Made by a program: the position numbers and the translations under genes. The notes below the pieces were generated by a model. That model made no database searches and was not told the origin of the DNA. It saw nothing but the letters and a program-made list of their open reading frames with translations. Positions 18,062 through 27,343 of a DNA stretch of 40,228 nt are shown one piece after another; position 1 is the stretch's first letter, and each line of letters opens with the position of its first letter. Source of the DNA: Spirochaetota bacterium (GTDB lineage: Bacteria > Spirochaetota > UBA4802 > JAFGDQ01); the NCBI GenBank assembly GCA_043803405.1, contig JAZDKB010000021.1, positions 1 to 40,228 on the forward strand, read 5' to 3'.

Positions 18062-20290
18062 TTACTTTTCCTGCGCGATCTTAGCAATTACGTCTGCGCT
18101 CAGGATCTTGTTATAAACTCTAAGATCGTCCATATACCCCTTGAAGTTATAGCTCCCTCCGCCTGAAAAGGCGCCGATAGTGAAGGGGCCATTAGTGTTG
18201 AACCCGTAAGAAAAATTATGTACAGGATCCGCGAGATTCCAGGAGTCCGTGCCTAAAACAGCCTCCACTCCGTTGAAATAGATCTTGACAAACTTGTTCG
18301 TCTTGTCGATTACAAAGGCCAGATGATACCAGCCCCCGGGAATAACGAAACCAGGGCCGGTCAGGAATTTCCCGCCGTAACTCCCGTCGCCTATCTCGAT
18401 GACGACCGCTTTGTCGCTGGTATTCCAGTTGTTCACGCAGAGCTTGAAACCATTGCTGGTGTTGCCCGGGCCAGCGTTGGCAAGGATGGTATTCAGACTC
18501 GCCTTGATCGGGTTATCCATGTTGACCCAGAGCGTTACCGTTAGCTGATTGCCAAGGTTAATATTCGATGTCCCATAAGCGGAGCTGCCGTTGAAGTAGA
18601 TGCTGTTGGACCCTTCATGTACCTTGTCCGTCATATATGCCGTACTAAATACGCTTATACTGTTGTCGTTACCCGAAGAATCGTTGCCGTTGCCGTTGAA
18701 CTTCCACTGAGTGATCATGTCGGCGTATGATATGGTGGTAAACGAAAAGACGACGGATTCCGAGATCGGGTTTGTGTCAGCCTTTTTTACATCGGTGGTC
18801 ACTGTCACCGTGTATGTAGTCCCCTGGGCAAGCAGACCGGTCGGAACAAAAATAATCGATTGCGTTCCGCTGTTATAGGAAACGGTGCCTGCAATTGTCG
18901 AGATTCCGTCGGACACCAGCACAGAAGAAAGGGTCACGGTAGTGCCGTCGAGAGCGATCAGGAACGGGATCACGATAGTCTTACCGAGGTCCACCTGGAT
19001 CGCGCCATTGCCCGGAGCTATGTTTGCCGTATCGACTTCAGGAGACATCCGTATTACTGTGAGCACGAAGTCTCTTGTGTCGGATGCGGCGTTCTTACTG
19101 ATTGTCGCGGTCAGAGTAACGGAAACATTGGATCCCGATGGTCTGGTTGTGGAGCCTGTTCCACCGTTTATGAGAACGTTGTCGGAATTGTTCGACGCCC
19201 AGGCAATGGTAGTTCCGCTTGAACCCGTTGTGGGCAGTGTAACATTCTGTGTTACACTGCCGGCGCTGTCGCCGGAGCCGTATGTTATAGCTAAAGCTGC
19301 TTTGTCCGATGTTACAGCATCCGTATCTGTCGGGGCATTTTTTATAATAGTAAGATTGAATATTTTAGTATCAATGGCTGCATTCTTTGTAATTGTGGCA
19401 GTAAGTGTTACTGAAGCATCTGAGCCTGTGTATATAGGTCTTGTAACTATACCGCCTATAGTTACTACGCCGGAATTTGTAGTCGCCCAGGCAATGATAG
19501 TTCCGCTTGAACCTGTTGTCGGTAGTGTAATATTCTGTGTTACATTGCCTGCGCTGTCTCCTGATCCGTAGGTTATTGCGAGTGCTGTTTTATCCGCTGC
19601 TACTGCCTCAGCATCTGTCTGAGGATTTTTTGTCACAGTAAGATTGAATAGTTTAGTATCGCTGGCTACGTTTTTTGTTATCGTGGCTGTAAGTGTAACT
19701 GACGCATTTCCTGCTGTGTAAGCCGGTCGCGTTACTATGCCGCCGATGGTTAAACTACCTGAATCTGTAGTTGCCCATGTAATTGTTGTTCCGCTTGAAC
19801 CGGTTGTAGGCAGTATAACATTCTGTGTTACATTACCTGCGCTGTCTCCTGATCCATAGGTTATTGCAAGGGCTGATTTGTCGTCAGCAACAGCCTGGGC
19901 ATCTGTAGCAGGATTTTTTATAACCGTAAGATTGAATATTTTAGTATCGCTGGTTGAGTTTTTTGTAATTGTGGCTGTAAGTGTTACTGACGCATTTCCT
20001 GCTGTGTAAGCCGGTCGCGTTACTATGCCGCCGATAGTTAAACTATCTGAATCTGTAGTTGCCCATGTAATAGTAGTTCCGTTAGAACCGGTTGTAGGCA
20101 GTGTAATATTCTGTTTTATATTACCTGCGCTTTCCCCGGATCCAAAAGATATTGCAAGGGCCGAAAGATCGGCTACTACCGACTCGTCGTCTGTTAATGG
20201 AATACCGGGATTTCCAGTTTTACCGATATCCGAACATGCCATGCCGGCAAAAAATATAAGTGATATTATTGTTGAATATAATTTTTTCAT
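18062..20290 (-). CDS. Surface lipoprotein: 4 Ig-like 96-aa repeats, Big_5/SbsA-like Ig domain, LamG/ConA-like domain
   Basis: Same signal and lipobox as the neighbour; PGNGAIQV...LAQGTTYTVTV...FSFTT; WKFNGNGNDSSGN...WYHLAFV...FKGYMDDLRVYN. Confidence 0.88.
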   Translation of the reverse strand: MKKLYSTIISLIFFAGMACSDIGKTGNPGIPLTDDESVVADLSALAISFGSGESAGNIKQNITLPTTGSNGTTITWATTDSDSLTIGGIVTRPAYTAGNASVTLTATITKNSTSDTKIFNLTVIKNPATDAQAVADDKSALAITYGSGDSAGNVTQNVILPTTGSSGTTITWATTDSGSLTIGGIVTRPAYTAGNASVTLTATITKNVASDTKLFNLTVTKNPQTDAEAVAADKTALAITYGSGDSAGNVTQNITLPTTGSSGTIIAWATTNSGVVTIGGIVTRPIYTGSDASVTLTATITKNAAIDTKIFNLTIIKNAPTDTDAVTSDKAALAITYGSGDSAGSVTQNVTLPTTGSSGTTIAWASNNSDNVLINGGTGSTTRPSGSNVSVTLTATISKNAASDTRDFVLTVIRMSPEVDTANIAPGNGAIQVDLGKTIVIPFLIALDGTTVTLSSVLVSDGISTIAGTVSYNSGTQSIIFVPTGLLAQGTTYTVTVTTDVKKADTNPISESVVFSFTTISYADMITQWKFNGNGNDSSGNDNSISVFSTAYMTDKVHEGSNSIYFNGSSAYGTSNINLGNQLTVTLWVNMDNPIKASLNTILANAGPGNTSNGFKLCVNNWNTSDKAVVIEIGDGSYGGKFLTGPGFVIPGGWYHLAFVIDKTNKFVKIYFNGVEAVLGTDSWNLADPVHNFSYGFNTNGPFTIGAFSGGGSYNFKGYMDDLRVYNKILSADVIAKIAQEK
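19050..20195 (-). repeat. Intragenic tandem repeats, 288 bp x4
   Basis: GTAAGATTGAAT recurs at 19350, 19638 and 19926 (period 288 bp). Confidence 0.9.
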
Positions 20291-20302
20291 AGTGAATCCT
20301 TG

Positions 20303-21118
20303 TTAAAATCTATAAGATGCATATAAGCCAGTTGAAACAGATCTAAGGTTTTGATCGCCCAGGTAAATATTGTAGCTTACATCGATTCCGAGTCTTAATG
20401 GTATATCAGTCAGCTTTATATCCGCTGTCAGTGCAGGAGCCACAAATACAGCAGCCCCGTTCGATTTGCCGTCTCCGCTGATGTTCTGGTCCATTATTCC
20501 TATCCTGGACTGGACAATAAAGCGTACATCCTCGTACCATGGAAGTCCGCCTATATAGTTTTTCAAAAAAAACTGATATCCTGCAATACCATATACTCCG
20601 AATGTGCTGACTGTGGTGTCGTTATTGCTCACTCTGTGCCATAATCCGCTTCCCCCGAGTACAATATTCTTTTTATAATCCGTTAAGCCGAATAGACTCA
20701 TATCTGTGAATATCCCGAGGTTAATATCCATGCCAGTAGCATTGTTGTAAAAGGTTGCAGCCGGCAGAAAAAATATCTCAAGGCCGTTTAAATATTTTAA
20801 AAAGTTTTTCTCTCCGACAGCTTGAGTTTCTTTCTTGATACTTTGATCAACATTTGTCTGCTGTACAGGTACAGGTGTAGTTTCAACTTCAGGCTTGATT
20901 ATATCCTGATTTTCGATTTGTTTGACGGGTTCAGATCCAATATTATGCTTCTCAGCATCTGTAGTTCCATTCTCCCCGGCTGGCTCCGCTTCAATGTTTT
21001 GATCGTATTTTTGTATGTCCTTTACTTCACTGTCCATATCCGATGTAGCCGGGTAAGCCACTCCGGTTGTACTGAATATTAATATTAGTGAGCTAAAAAT
21101 TATAAATAATTTTCCCAT
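20303..21118 (-). CDS. Putative outer-membrane beta-barrel protein with low-complexity N-terminal linker
   Basis: Signal peptide, alternating beta-strand pattern, C-terminal GLYASYRF; AAGGAG RBS; 12 bp from the downstream lipoprotein gene. Confidence 0.7.
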   Translation of the reverse strand: MGKLFIIFSSLILIFSTTGVAYPATSDMDSEVKDIQKYDQNIEAEPAGENGTTDAEKHNIGSEPVKQIENQDIIKPEVETTPVPVQQTNVDQSIKKETQAVGEKNFLKYLNGLEIFFLPAATFYNNATGMDINLGIFTDMSLFGLTDYKKNIVLGGSGLWHRVSNNDTTVSTFGVYGIAGYQFFLKNYIGGLPWYEDVRFIVQSRIGIMDQNISGDGKSNGAAVFVAPALTADIKLTDIPLRLGIDVSYNIYLGDQNLRSVSTGLYASYRF

Positions 21119-21616
21119 AAAGTTTATATCTCCTTCTTATACTATGTCAAATTTTCATATCGATTACGACTTCGGTAAAAATACAATCACTGCACAAATA
21201 TTCGCATATTGTATCAGCACCCATATACAACGGATGTTATCGCGATTGCTTTTCAAGAGACCGAATTGATTTAAAATCTATAAAAGATTGGTTATAAATA
21301 TTGTGGTTGCCCGGAGGCCACACTTGAAGTAAAAAAAAAGAGGGGTCTTGCTGCAATAAACTGATTACTTATTAATTGCTTTATTACTTATATTTAAACT
21401 AATTCTTGATTACTACTTATAATAGTATAGGTAATAATTGCATTTGTCAAGGTTTACCGGTACTTTTAAAAATATTTGGGATTGATTAAGGGTTTTGTGT
21501 TGCCTATAAATATCCCAATAAAAAATGTTCACAAGTTATTTTTGCTTCAGTTTATGATAGATAGTACAACTTAGCACGGCGGTTCCCTGTCGCACCTCGT
21601 ATTGTATCATTTGGAA

Positions 21617-21945
21617 TATCTTCGCCGATACCCGTAATCTTAAATCGGATTTTTAAATATCAACAGGAGCATTTAAATCTGTGGTTCAGGCAATGTATGA
21701 AGCCACGATTGCCCCCAACCTTCTCGCAGAAGATACCGCAAACAATTAAAGAACCGCGTACGTAGCCCCCGGTATTTGCATTGTAACGTCCGATAGGCAC
21801 AGACATCCGGATAAGCAACCGCAGACGATCGCTCAGGAAAACGAACTAAACGCAAACAGCGCTGTACATGCAACAGCGTTGAAGAAGCACTGGCGAAAAA
21901 GCGCGGGGGAGCAGAAAAGGCGTTGGGGGCAGCAGGGGCAACGGG
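21617..21945 (+). repeat. Long intergenic repeat, copy D
   Basis: 21820-21910 is identical to copy A 12329-12419 (91 nt). Confidence 0.95.
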
Positions 21946-22053
21946 TGAAAAAAGGAAAACTCAAAATCTTTGTTATAAATTTTATTTTTTGATTGCACTA
22001 TTGTTAGTAATTTGTTTTTATAATTATATTATAACAGGATAATGAAATTATAA

Positions 22054-22512
22054 ATGCCGAAATTACTGAAATTATACCTTGATGTATGTTGTCTGAATCG
22101 TCCCTTTGATGACCAAACTCAGGATAGAATCCGGCTTGAAACAGAAGCAATAATTGCAATATTAAAATATTCCAGAAGCGGCGCGGGTAAAATAATTGGC
22201 AGCAACATTATTCAATTGGAGATTGATAAAACTCCGGATTTAATACGTAGATCTTTATTAAAATCATTATCTGAATATATATCGGTTTTGATTTATACTG
22301 ATAAAAAAATAAAAGAAAGAGCAATAGAATTACAGATTATTGGTTTTAAAGCATTTGACTCTTTTCATATAGCCTGCGCGGAGAAAGGGAACGCAGATGT
22401 TTTTTTAACAACCGATGATAAAATAATTAAGCTTGCTGTTCAAAATAAAAATAAAATAAAAGTGAAAGTATATAATCCATTAAACTGGGTTCAGGAGAAT
22501 ATATTAAAATGA
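22054..22512 (+). CDS. PIN-domain (VapC-like) toxin
   Basis: LYLDVCCLNRPFDDQTQDRIRLE, FDSFHIACA, FLTTDD acidic motifs. Confidence 0.88.
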   Translation: MPKLLKLYLDVCCLNRPFDDQTQDRIRLETEAIIAILKYSRSGAGKIIGSNIIQLEIDKTPDLIRRSLLKSLSEYISVLIYTDKKIKERAIELQIIGFKAFDSFHIACAEKGNADVFLTTDDKIIKLAVQNKNKIKVKVYNPLNWVQENILK

Positions 22513-22703
22513 AAACAATAATGAAAATAGATGAAATAAGAAGAATTGGTTTTAATGCTTTGAGAAAATCCCTTGGCCCTGATGGAATGCTGCGTTTTAT
22601 ACATCAGTTTGATTCCGGAAGCGGGGATTACACAAAAGAAAGACATCAGTGGCTTGATAAATACGATGTTGAATCAATATACAAAGAGATAAATAAAAAA
22701 TAA
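22509..22703 (+). CDS. Small putative antitoxin coupled to the PIN protein
   Basis: 64 aa, ATGA overlap with the PIN gene; GFNALRKSLGPDGMLRFI...GSGDYTKER pattern typical of PIN-neighbour small proteins. Confidence 0.7.
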   Translation: MKTIMKIDEIRRIGFNALRKSLGPDGMLRFIHQFDSGSGDYTKERHQWLDKYDVESIYKEINKK

Positions 22704-22739
22704 TCTCCCTTCACGCACTCAACCCTTACCCGCCCGGTT

Positions 22740-23001
22740 AGAAGATACCGCACCGGGTTATTGAACCGTGTACGTAGCTCCCGACACTTGCATTGTAACG
22801 TTCGACAAGCACAGACATCCGGGTAAGCAACCGCAGACGATCGCTCAGGAAAACGAAGTAAACGCAAACAGCGTTGTACAAGCAACAGCGATGAAGAAGC
22901 ACGGGCGAAAAAGCGCGGGGGAACAGAAAGACGTTGGGGGCAGCAGGGGCTTAACCGGCTTACTGAGCAAGATAAGTGTAGTGTTAGCAGGGGCGGATAC
23001 T
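22740..23001 (+). repeat. Long intergenic repeat, copy E (lacks 5' block)
   Basis: Core from AGAAGATACCGC; tail shares TTAACCGGCTT.CTGAGCAAGATAAG with copy C and GGATACT with copy A. Confidence 0.95.
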
Positions 23002-23209
23002 AATAATTAAATAATTTTTTAACATGAGTTTTATGAATTATCAAATAAAACTTTAAAAAAAAATTTTTTAATTATTTCAAAATAACACGATTATGATTGA
23101 GAATATATTTTGCAGCAGAAAAATAATCATTAAAAAGTTCTTGCCGAAATACTGTCATAATGCTAATTTTATTATAATTATATTTACTTTAACTGGAGAA
23201 TTAAAGGCA

Positions 23210-23434
23210 ATGTCAATCAATAATATCATTGATGAAATACTCACCCTTCCTGTTGAGGAAAGAGCGTTAATTGCGGACTCTCTTTTACGCAGCCTTAACA
23301 TACCGGATAAATCAATAGATGCCAAATGGACGGAAAGTGCCAGGAGACGACTTGAAGAGCTCCGGTCTGAAAAAGTAAAACCAGTACCTGGCGAAGAAGT
23401 GTTCGCGAAAATTAATAAACGATTTTCCAAATGA
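23210..23434 (+). CDS. Addiction module antitoxin component (TIGR02574-like)
   Basis: LTLPVEERALIADSLLRSL...W...ARRRL...VPGEEVF; GGAG upstream of ATG 23210; overlaps the relE/parE start. Confidence 0.88.
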   Translation: MSINNIIDEILTLPVEERALIADSLLRSLNIPDKSIDAKWTESARRRLEELRSEKVKPVPGEEVFAKINKRFSK

Positions 23435-23724
23435 ACTATAGTTTCCACCCTGAAGCTGAAGAAGAATTCCTGAATGCTATTGATTATTATGAAGAACATA
23501 AATTCGGACTTGGTTCTGAATTTGCGATTGAGGTTCATCCTACAATCGGGAATATAATCAGCCTTCCAACTGCCTGGCCGTTACTTGAATATGACATACA
23601 CAGATGCCTGACGCAGAGATTTCCATATGGTATTATCAATTCAATAGAAAAAGATCTCATTTTTATTCTTGCTATAATGCATTTACATCGTGAACCCGGG
23701 TACTGGAAATCGAGAATATTATAA
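23431..23724 (+). CDS. RelE/ParE-family toxin
   Basis: FHPEAEEEFLNAIDYY...GLG.EF...RFPY...ILAIMHLHREPGYW. Confidence 0.9.
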   Translation: MNYSFHPEAEEEFLNAIDYYEEHKFGLGSEFAIEVHPTIGNIISLPTAWPLLEYDIHRCLTQRFPYGIINSIEKDLIFILAIMHLHREPGYWKSRIL

Positions 23725-23795
23725 GTACAACAATAATTACAAGGCGGTACATACATAAAAGAGCCATGTACGAAATAATTAGTCATTCCAATTAA

Positions 23796-24068
23796 TTAAT
23801 CAGCTATTCTGATAATGAATAAATCCCAAACAGCCCCCACCCTCCCGCAGAAGATAACGCGAACAATTAAAGAACCGCGTACGTAGCTCCCGATATTAGC
23901 ATTGTAACGTCCGATAAGCACAAATAGCCGGATAAGCAACCTCAGACGGTGGCTCAGGAAAACGAAGTAAACGCAAACAGCATTGTACAAGCAAAAGCGG
24001 TGAAGAAGCATGGGTGAAAAAGCGCGGGGGAGCAGAAAGGCGTTGGGGGCAGCAGGGGCGGTGAAGAA
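23796..24068 (+). repeat. Long intergenic repeat, copy F (5'-truncated)
   Basis: Shares the TTAATCAGC.ATTCTGATAAT block with copy B, the full core, and tail GCAGGGGCGGTGAAGAA. Confidence 0.95.
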
Positions 24069-24175
24069 ATTCTCATCTGACTCGCTCAAGATATAACGGT
24101 AGGTTTTCTCAGAGTATTTTCTAGTTTAGCTTAAAGCAGTTTAAAATATTTAAATTTTTTCCTTGGCGGCAAATT

Positions 24176-24727
24176 CTATTTTGAAACCGTAGCGTACCTC
24201 AAAATGACTCCGCCGGTTTGCAGTGGACGTGCTTCAAGCAGCTTTAGTTTTTGATAAGGCAGCCCTTCATTGAACAAACGCCTGCCCTTGCCCAGAAAGA
24301 CAGGAACGACACACAGACGGTACTCATCGAAGTGGTTTGCTTTCATGAGAGATTCCGAGAGAATGCCGCTCCCGAAAACGAACATATTCCCATCGCCTTC
24401 TTGTTTTAATCTAGGAAGTTCAGCGACCGCATCCTTTACAATTGTTGTGTTGTTCCAATCAACAGTTTTGAGTGTCGGTGAGCAGACGACCTTTTGAATC
24501 TCGTTCATGAATTTGGCGATTTCTCCTTCTGCCTTTGTCCAATAATCAGCCATACCTTTGTAGGTTGTTTCGCCAAACACAAGCATATCGGCTGACTTGA
24601 GCTGTTCAATGCTAAAATCTTCAAGCTCTTTACCCCACGCAAGATCGTGAAAGTCCAAATCCCACGCTTTCTCTCCCTCGAAGCATCCATCGAGCGAGAT
24701 TACATTCCACATAATAAGTTTTCTCAT
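24176..24727 (-). CDS. Dihydrofolate reductase-like (RibD C-terminal domain) protein
   Basis: MRKL...ISLDG, FG..TY, FGSGIL, DEYRL...PVFLGKGRRLF. Confidence 0.9.
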   Translation of the reverse strand: MRKLIMWNVISLDGCFEGEKAWDLDFHDLAWGKELEDFSIEQLKSADMLVFGETTYKGMADYWTKAEGEIAKFMNEIQKVVCSPTLKTVDWNNTTIVKDAVAELPRLKQEGDGNMFVFGSGILSESLMKANHFDEYRLCVVPVFLGKGRRLFNEGLPYQKLKLLEARPLQTGGVILRYATVSK

Positions 24728-24867
24728 ATTAATTTTTCCTTTTGGTTTCTACGATTATACATGTATTCATACCTTTTTATGTTTCTAACTTCATAAGTGA
24801 TCCTCTTAATAAAAATGATCCATCCGGCTTCGTAAGCAACTTCTCCATACCGATTTGTTTCTTATTT

Positions 24868-25770
24868 TTATTCTTTGGTTTTTGAAGGCTCGAAGAAACC
24901 TTTCGGAGTCTTGCCTTTTAAAAATGGTTCGATAAAAGCAATCAACAGATCGACCTGAGTTATAACCGCTGTGTGCGACGTTGCCGGCAAAATAGCAAGA
25001 CGCGAATTTGGTAATGGCTTGCCCATATCACCCATGATTCCCCCGCCGAGCAGACGGAAAAGAGCGACCGTATGTTCGAGTGTTGCACCGTCTGCATCAC
25101 CGGCGATAATCAGCACCGGGATTTTCAAAGCTTAGACATCCGATTCCCATGCCATTGGTTCCTTTTCGACTTGAATTAGTTTTCTTGCTAATTCAGGAAA
25201 CCCATCCGGATTAGGGGCAAGCTTACGATACTCTTCAGCAAATGGCATATTAACAATCATTTCAACAGTCATTTGCGGGATAGCTGCCTTGAAGGCCGGC
25301 TGCCAGCCTTTAAGATCGTAGGCGCCGGAGCCAAATATGAGTTTGTTCACTTTCTCCGGGTGGCGGATGACAAGCTGGAGCCCGGTAATGGCGCCCATGG
25401 AGTAGCCGAACACGTCGGCTTTCTTGATATTAACAGTATCCATAAAAGCCGCCACATCATCCGCAAGATTCGGATAGGTAATGGGCCGGTCTATATCATT
25501 AGTGCGACCATGTCCCTGGAATTCAAGAGCATAAACCTTACGATTTTTTGCCAGCATAGGGATGATATCCCCCATAGAATGTATGTTCATATAAGCTCCA
25601 TGCAATACTATCAGCGGATCGCCGTTGCCCGATACTTCGTAGTACATCTTCATACCATTCACGTCAGCATATTTACCGGGATTGGTCCCTTGCTGAGCAC
25701 ATGATATAGGTGCAATTACAAGTAGAAATACAATTGCAAGTTTAACAAACGAGATTATCTTCTTATTCAT
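24868..25770 (-). pseudogene. Alpha/beta hydrolase interrupted by an in-frame TAA
   Basis: LHGA oxyanion and GYSMG nucleophile in the 5' part; IAGDAD and TSH catalytic Asp/His in the 3' part. Both halves are in the same frame, separated by TAA at 25132-25134 (WESDV*ALKIP). Confidence 0.88.
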
Positions 25771-26166
25771 TTTTTCTCCTTACGTATTTTATTGTTTTTA
25801 TATGCGGAAGCTATAATAGTCAATACAGGGAAAACATTATAAACTGCTAATTTATTCCGTTATATTTTTTGTACGACATTACGGTCGAGTGATGATCGGA
25901 GCAAAACGCGAGTTGATCGAAAATAGGATAATTCTTCTTCGCTTTCTTGCCGCCAATGAGCATGATCATTCTTTTCATAACAGTATTCATTAAAAGAAAA
26001 CAATGTATATCATGAATTGACATTACTGCGTTTTCGAATAAAATTTTCATTAAATTTTAAGTTTACAATGGGTAGTCGCGCCGTCAGCCGATATAATATT
26101 CTTAATTATCAGAAAAAAAGATGGCTGGAATGATAAACATCATAATACTTACAGGAGGAAATTGAC

Positions 26167-26298
26167 ATAAATACGGTTTCAAGACGTCAATTCATGGCCG
26201 GTGCCGGCATGTTGGGTGTTGCTGCTTTTTTAGACGGGTGCGTAAAAAAGGGAGAAAGTAAAGAAGTTTCAGCAATAGAAGACCTTAGCATTGATTAA
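26167..26298 (+). pseudogene. Remnant of a Tat-lipoprotein gene (possibly hemerythrin-domain protein N-terminus)
   Basis: After AGGAGG: INTVSRRQFMAGAGMLGVAAFLDGCVKKGESKEVSAIEDLSID*. Contains the twin-arginine motif and a lipobox Cys; ATA stands where the start is expected. Confidence 0.55.
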
Positions 26299-26355
26299 TT
26301 TATTTTTTATTTGTATAATCAAAAAATTACTGGGAAAGAAAGGGGGTGAAGACTT

Positions 26356-26739
26356 ATGGCAAAATATGTAGATGGATTTGTGCTTGTTGTACCAAAAGAC
26401 AAAGCAGAAGAATATAAAAAAATGGCTGAAGAAGGTCGCGACATGTGGATGAAGCATGGCGCATTGTCTTATTTTGAGTGTATGGGTGATGATCTTGAAC
26501 CAAAAGAAATGGGAGGTATGAAGCCACTTGGATTTGAAAAGCTGGCAAAGGCAGGAAGTAATGAAACAATTTGGTTCTCATTTATTACTTATAGCTCAAA
26601 AGAACACCGTGATGAAGTAAATAAAAAGGTAATGGATGAGATGAGCGAAAAGTATAAAGATCAAAAAGATGATTTCCAAATGCCTTTTGATATGAGTCGT
26701 ATGGCACAAGGCGGATTCAAAGTAGTAGTAGAAGGCTAA
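26356..26739 (+). CDS. DUF1428 (YbaA-like) protein
   Basis: YVDGFVLVVP...HGALSYFECMGDD...WFSFI.Y.SKEHRDEVN...MPFD..RM..GGF. Confidence 0.9.
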   Translation: MAKYVDGFVLVVPKDKAEEYKKMAEEGRDMWMKHGALSYFECMGDDLEPKEMGGMKPLGFEKLAKAGSNETIWFSFITYSSKEHRDEVNKKVMDEMSEKYKDQKDDFQMPFDMSRMAQGGFKVVVEG

Positions 26740-27023
26740 AATTGTTCTAATGTCGTCTATTGTCCGCAGGTAAAGGTCAAGAAATTGATCTCGGAAAATA
26801 ATCTAAAACACACAGTAGCAATTCCGGTAACAATTACTAATCAAGTGGCAGGAAATTTTGAGAATTATTTTTTTTCATAGAATCACCTTTTAAATTTATT
26901 TTATACGAACTGTGGATCAGCCTGTCAATAAAGGCATCTGCAATAGTCTGATCTCGAGTCTGTGGCGCGGGGAGAAAAGCTGAATTTTGGCGTTTAGTGT
27001 TATACAGGTTGCTCCCAGTGAGA

Positions 27024-27078
27024 AGCCTCCCCTTGGGACTTGCTAAGGGGGAGTGGCTGCGCTTCGCGGCCGAGGGGT
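27024..27078. repeat. GC-rich REP-like palindromic element
   Basis: CTCCCCTT...AAGGGGGAG hairpin followed by GGCTGCG-CTT-CGCGGCC hairpin in AT-rich intergenic DNA; single copy in the window. Confidence 0.45.
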
Positions 27079-27343
27079 CGGATACAGCAAAAACTCTCGG
27101 GAGTGCAGCAGCACGGGCTCTGATAATTATTTAAAAATAGAATTGTTTGTTAAGAAATTTTAGTCTCATTCTTCATTAAAAAGTCCATTCTGCCAACGAG
27201 TAATTTTAAAATTTTTTTAATATGTCTAATTAAAGTAACTCCTTTATTAAAACTATTATTATATAAGTATTATTCTTGACGAACTGATTTTTCAGATTTT
27301 AATGTTTTAAACATAAACGATATTAAAAATTCAGGCAATCATA

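Noticed and set aside
17002..19571. Long antisense ORFs over the Ig-repeat genes (and similar ones over kaiC, the kinases and the FG-GAP gene)
   Set aside because: These are shadow frames of well-supported opposite-strand genes.
21990..22035. Sigma70 promoter for the PIN TA pair (TTGCAC...TATAAT)
   Set aside because: The spacing is 20 bp, and such hexamers are frequent in this AT-rich DNA.
23093..23209. Upstream extension of the antitoxin ORF
   Set aside because: AT-rich leader; the family length and RBS favour ATG 23210.
12134..24068. Repeats as a CRISPR array or DGR template/variable repeats
   Set aside because: Units are about 300 bp with kb-scale gene-containing spacers, there is no cas or reverse transcriptase gene, and the differences are not adenine-specific.
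12134..24068. Repeats as canonical attC sites or IS elements
   Set aside because: They are too long for attC, are not end-to-end palindromes, lack consistent RYYYAAC/GTTRRRY ends, and show no transposase, convincing TIR or TSD.
25847..26050. 67-aa minus-strand ORF
   Set aside because: No RBS or recognisable motif; probably a remnant or spurious.
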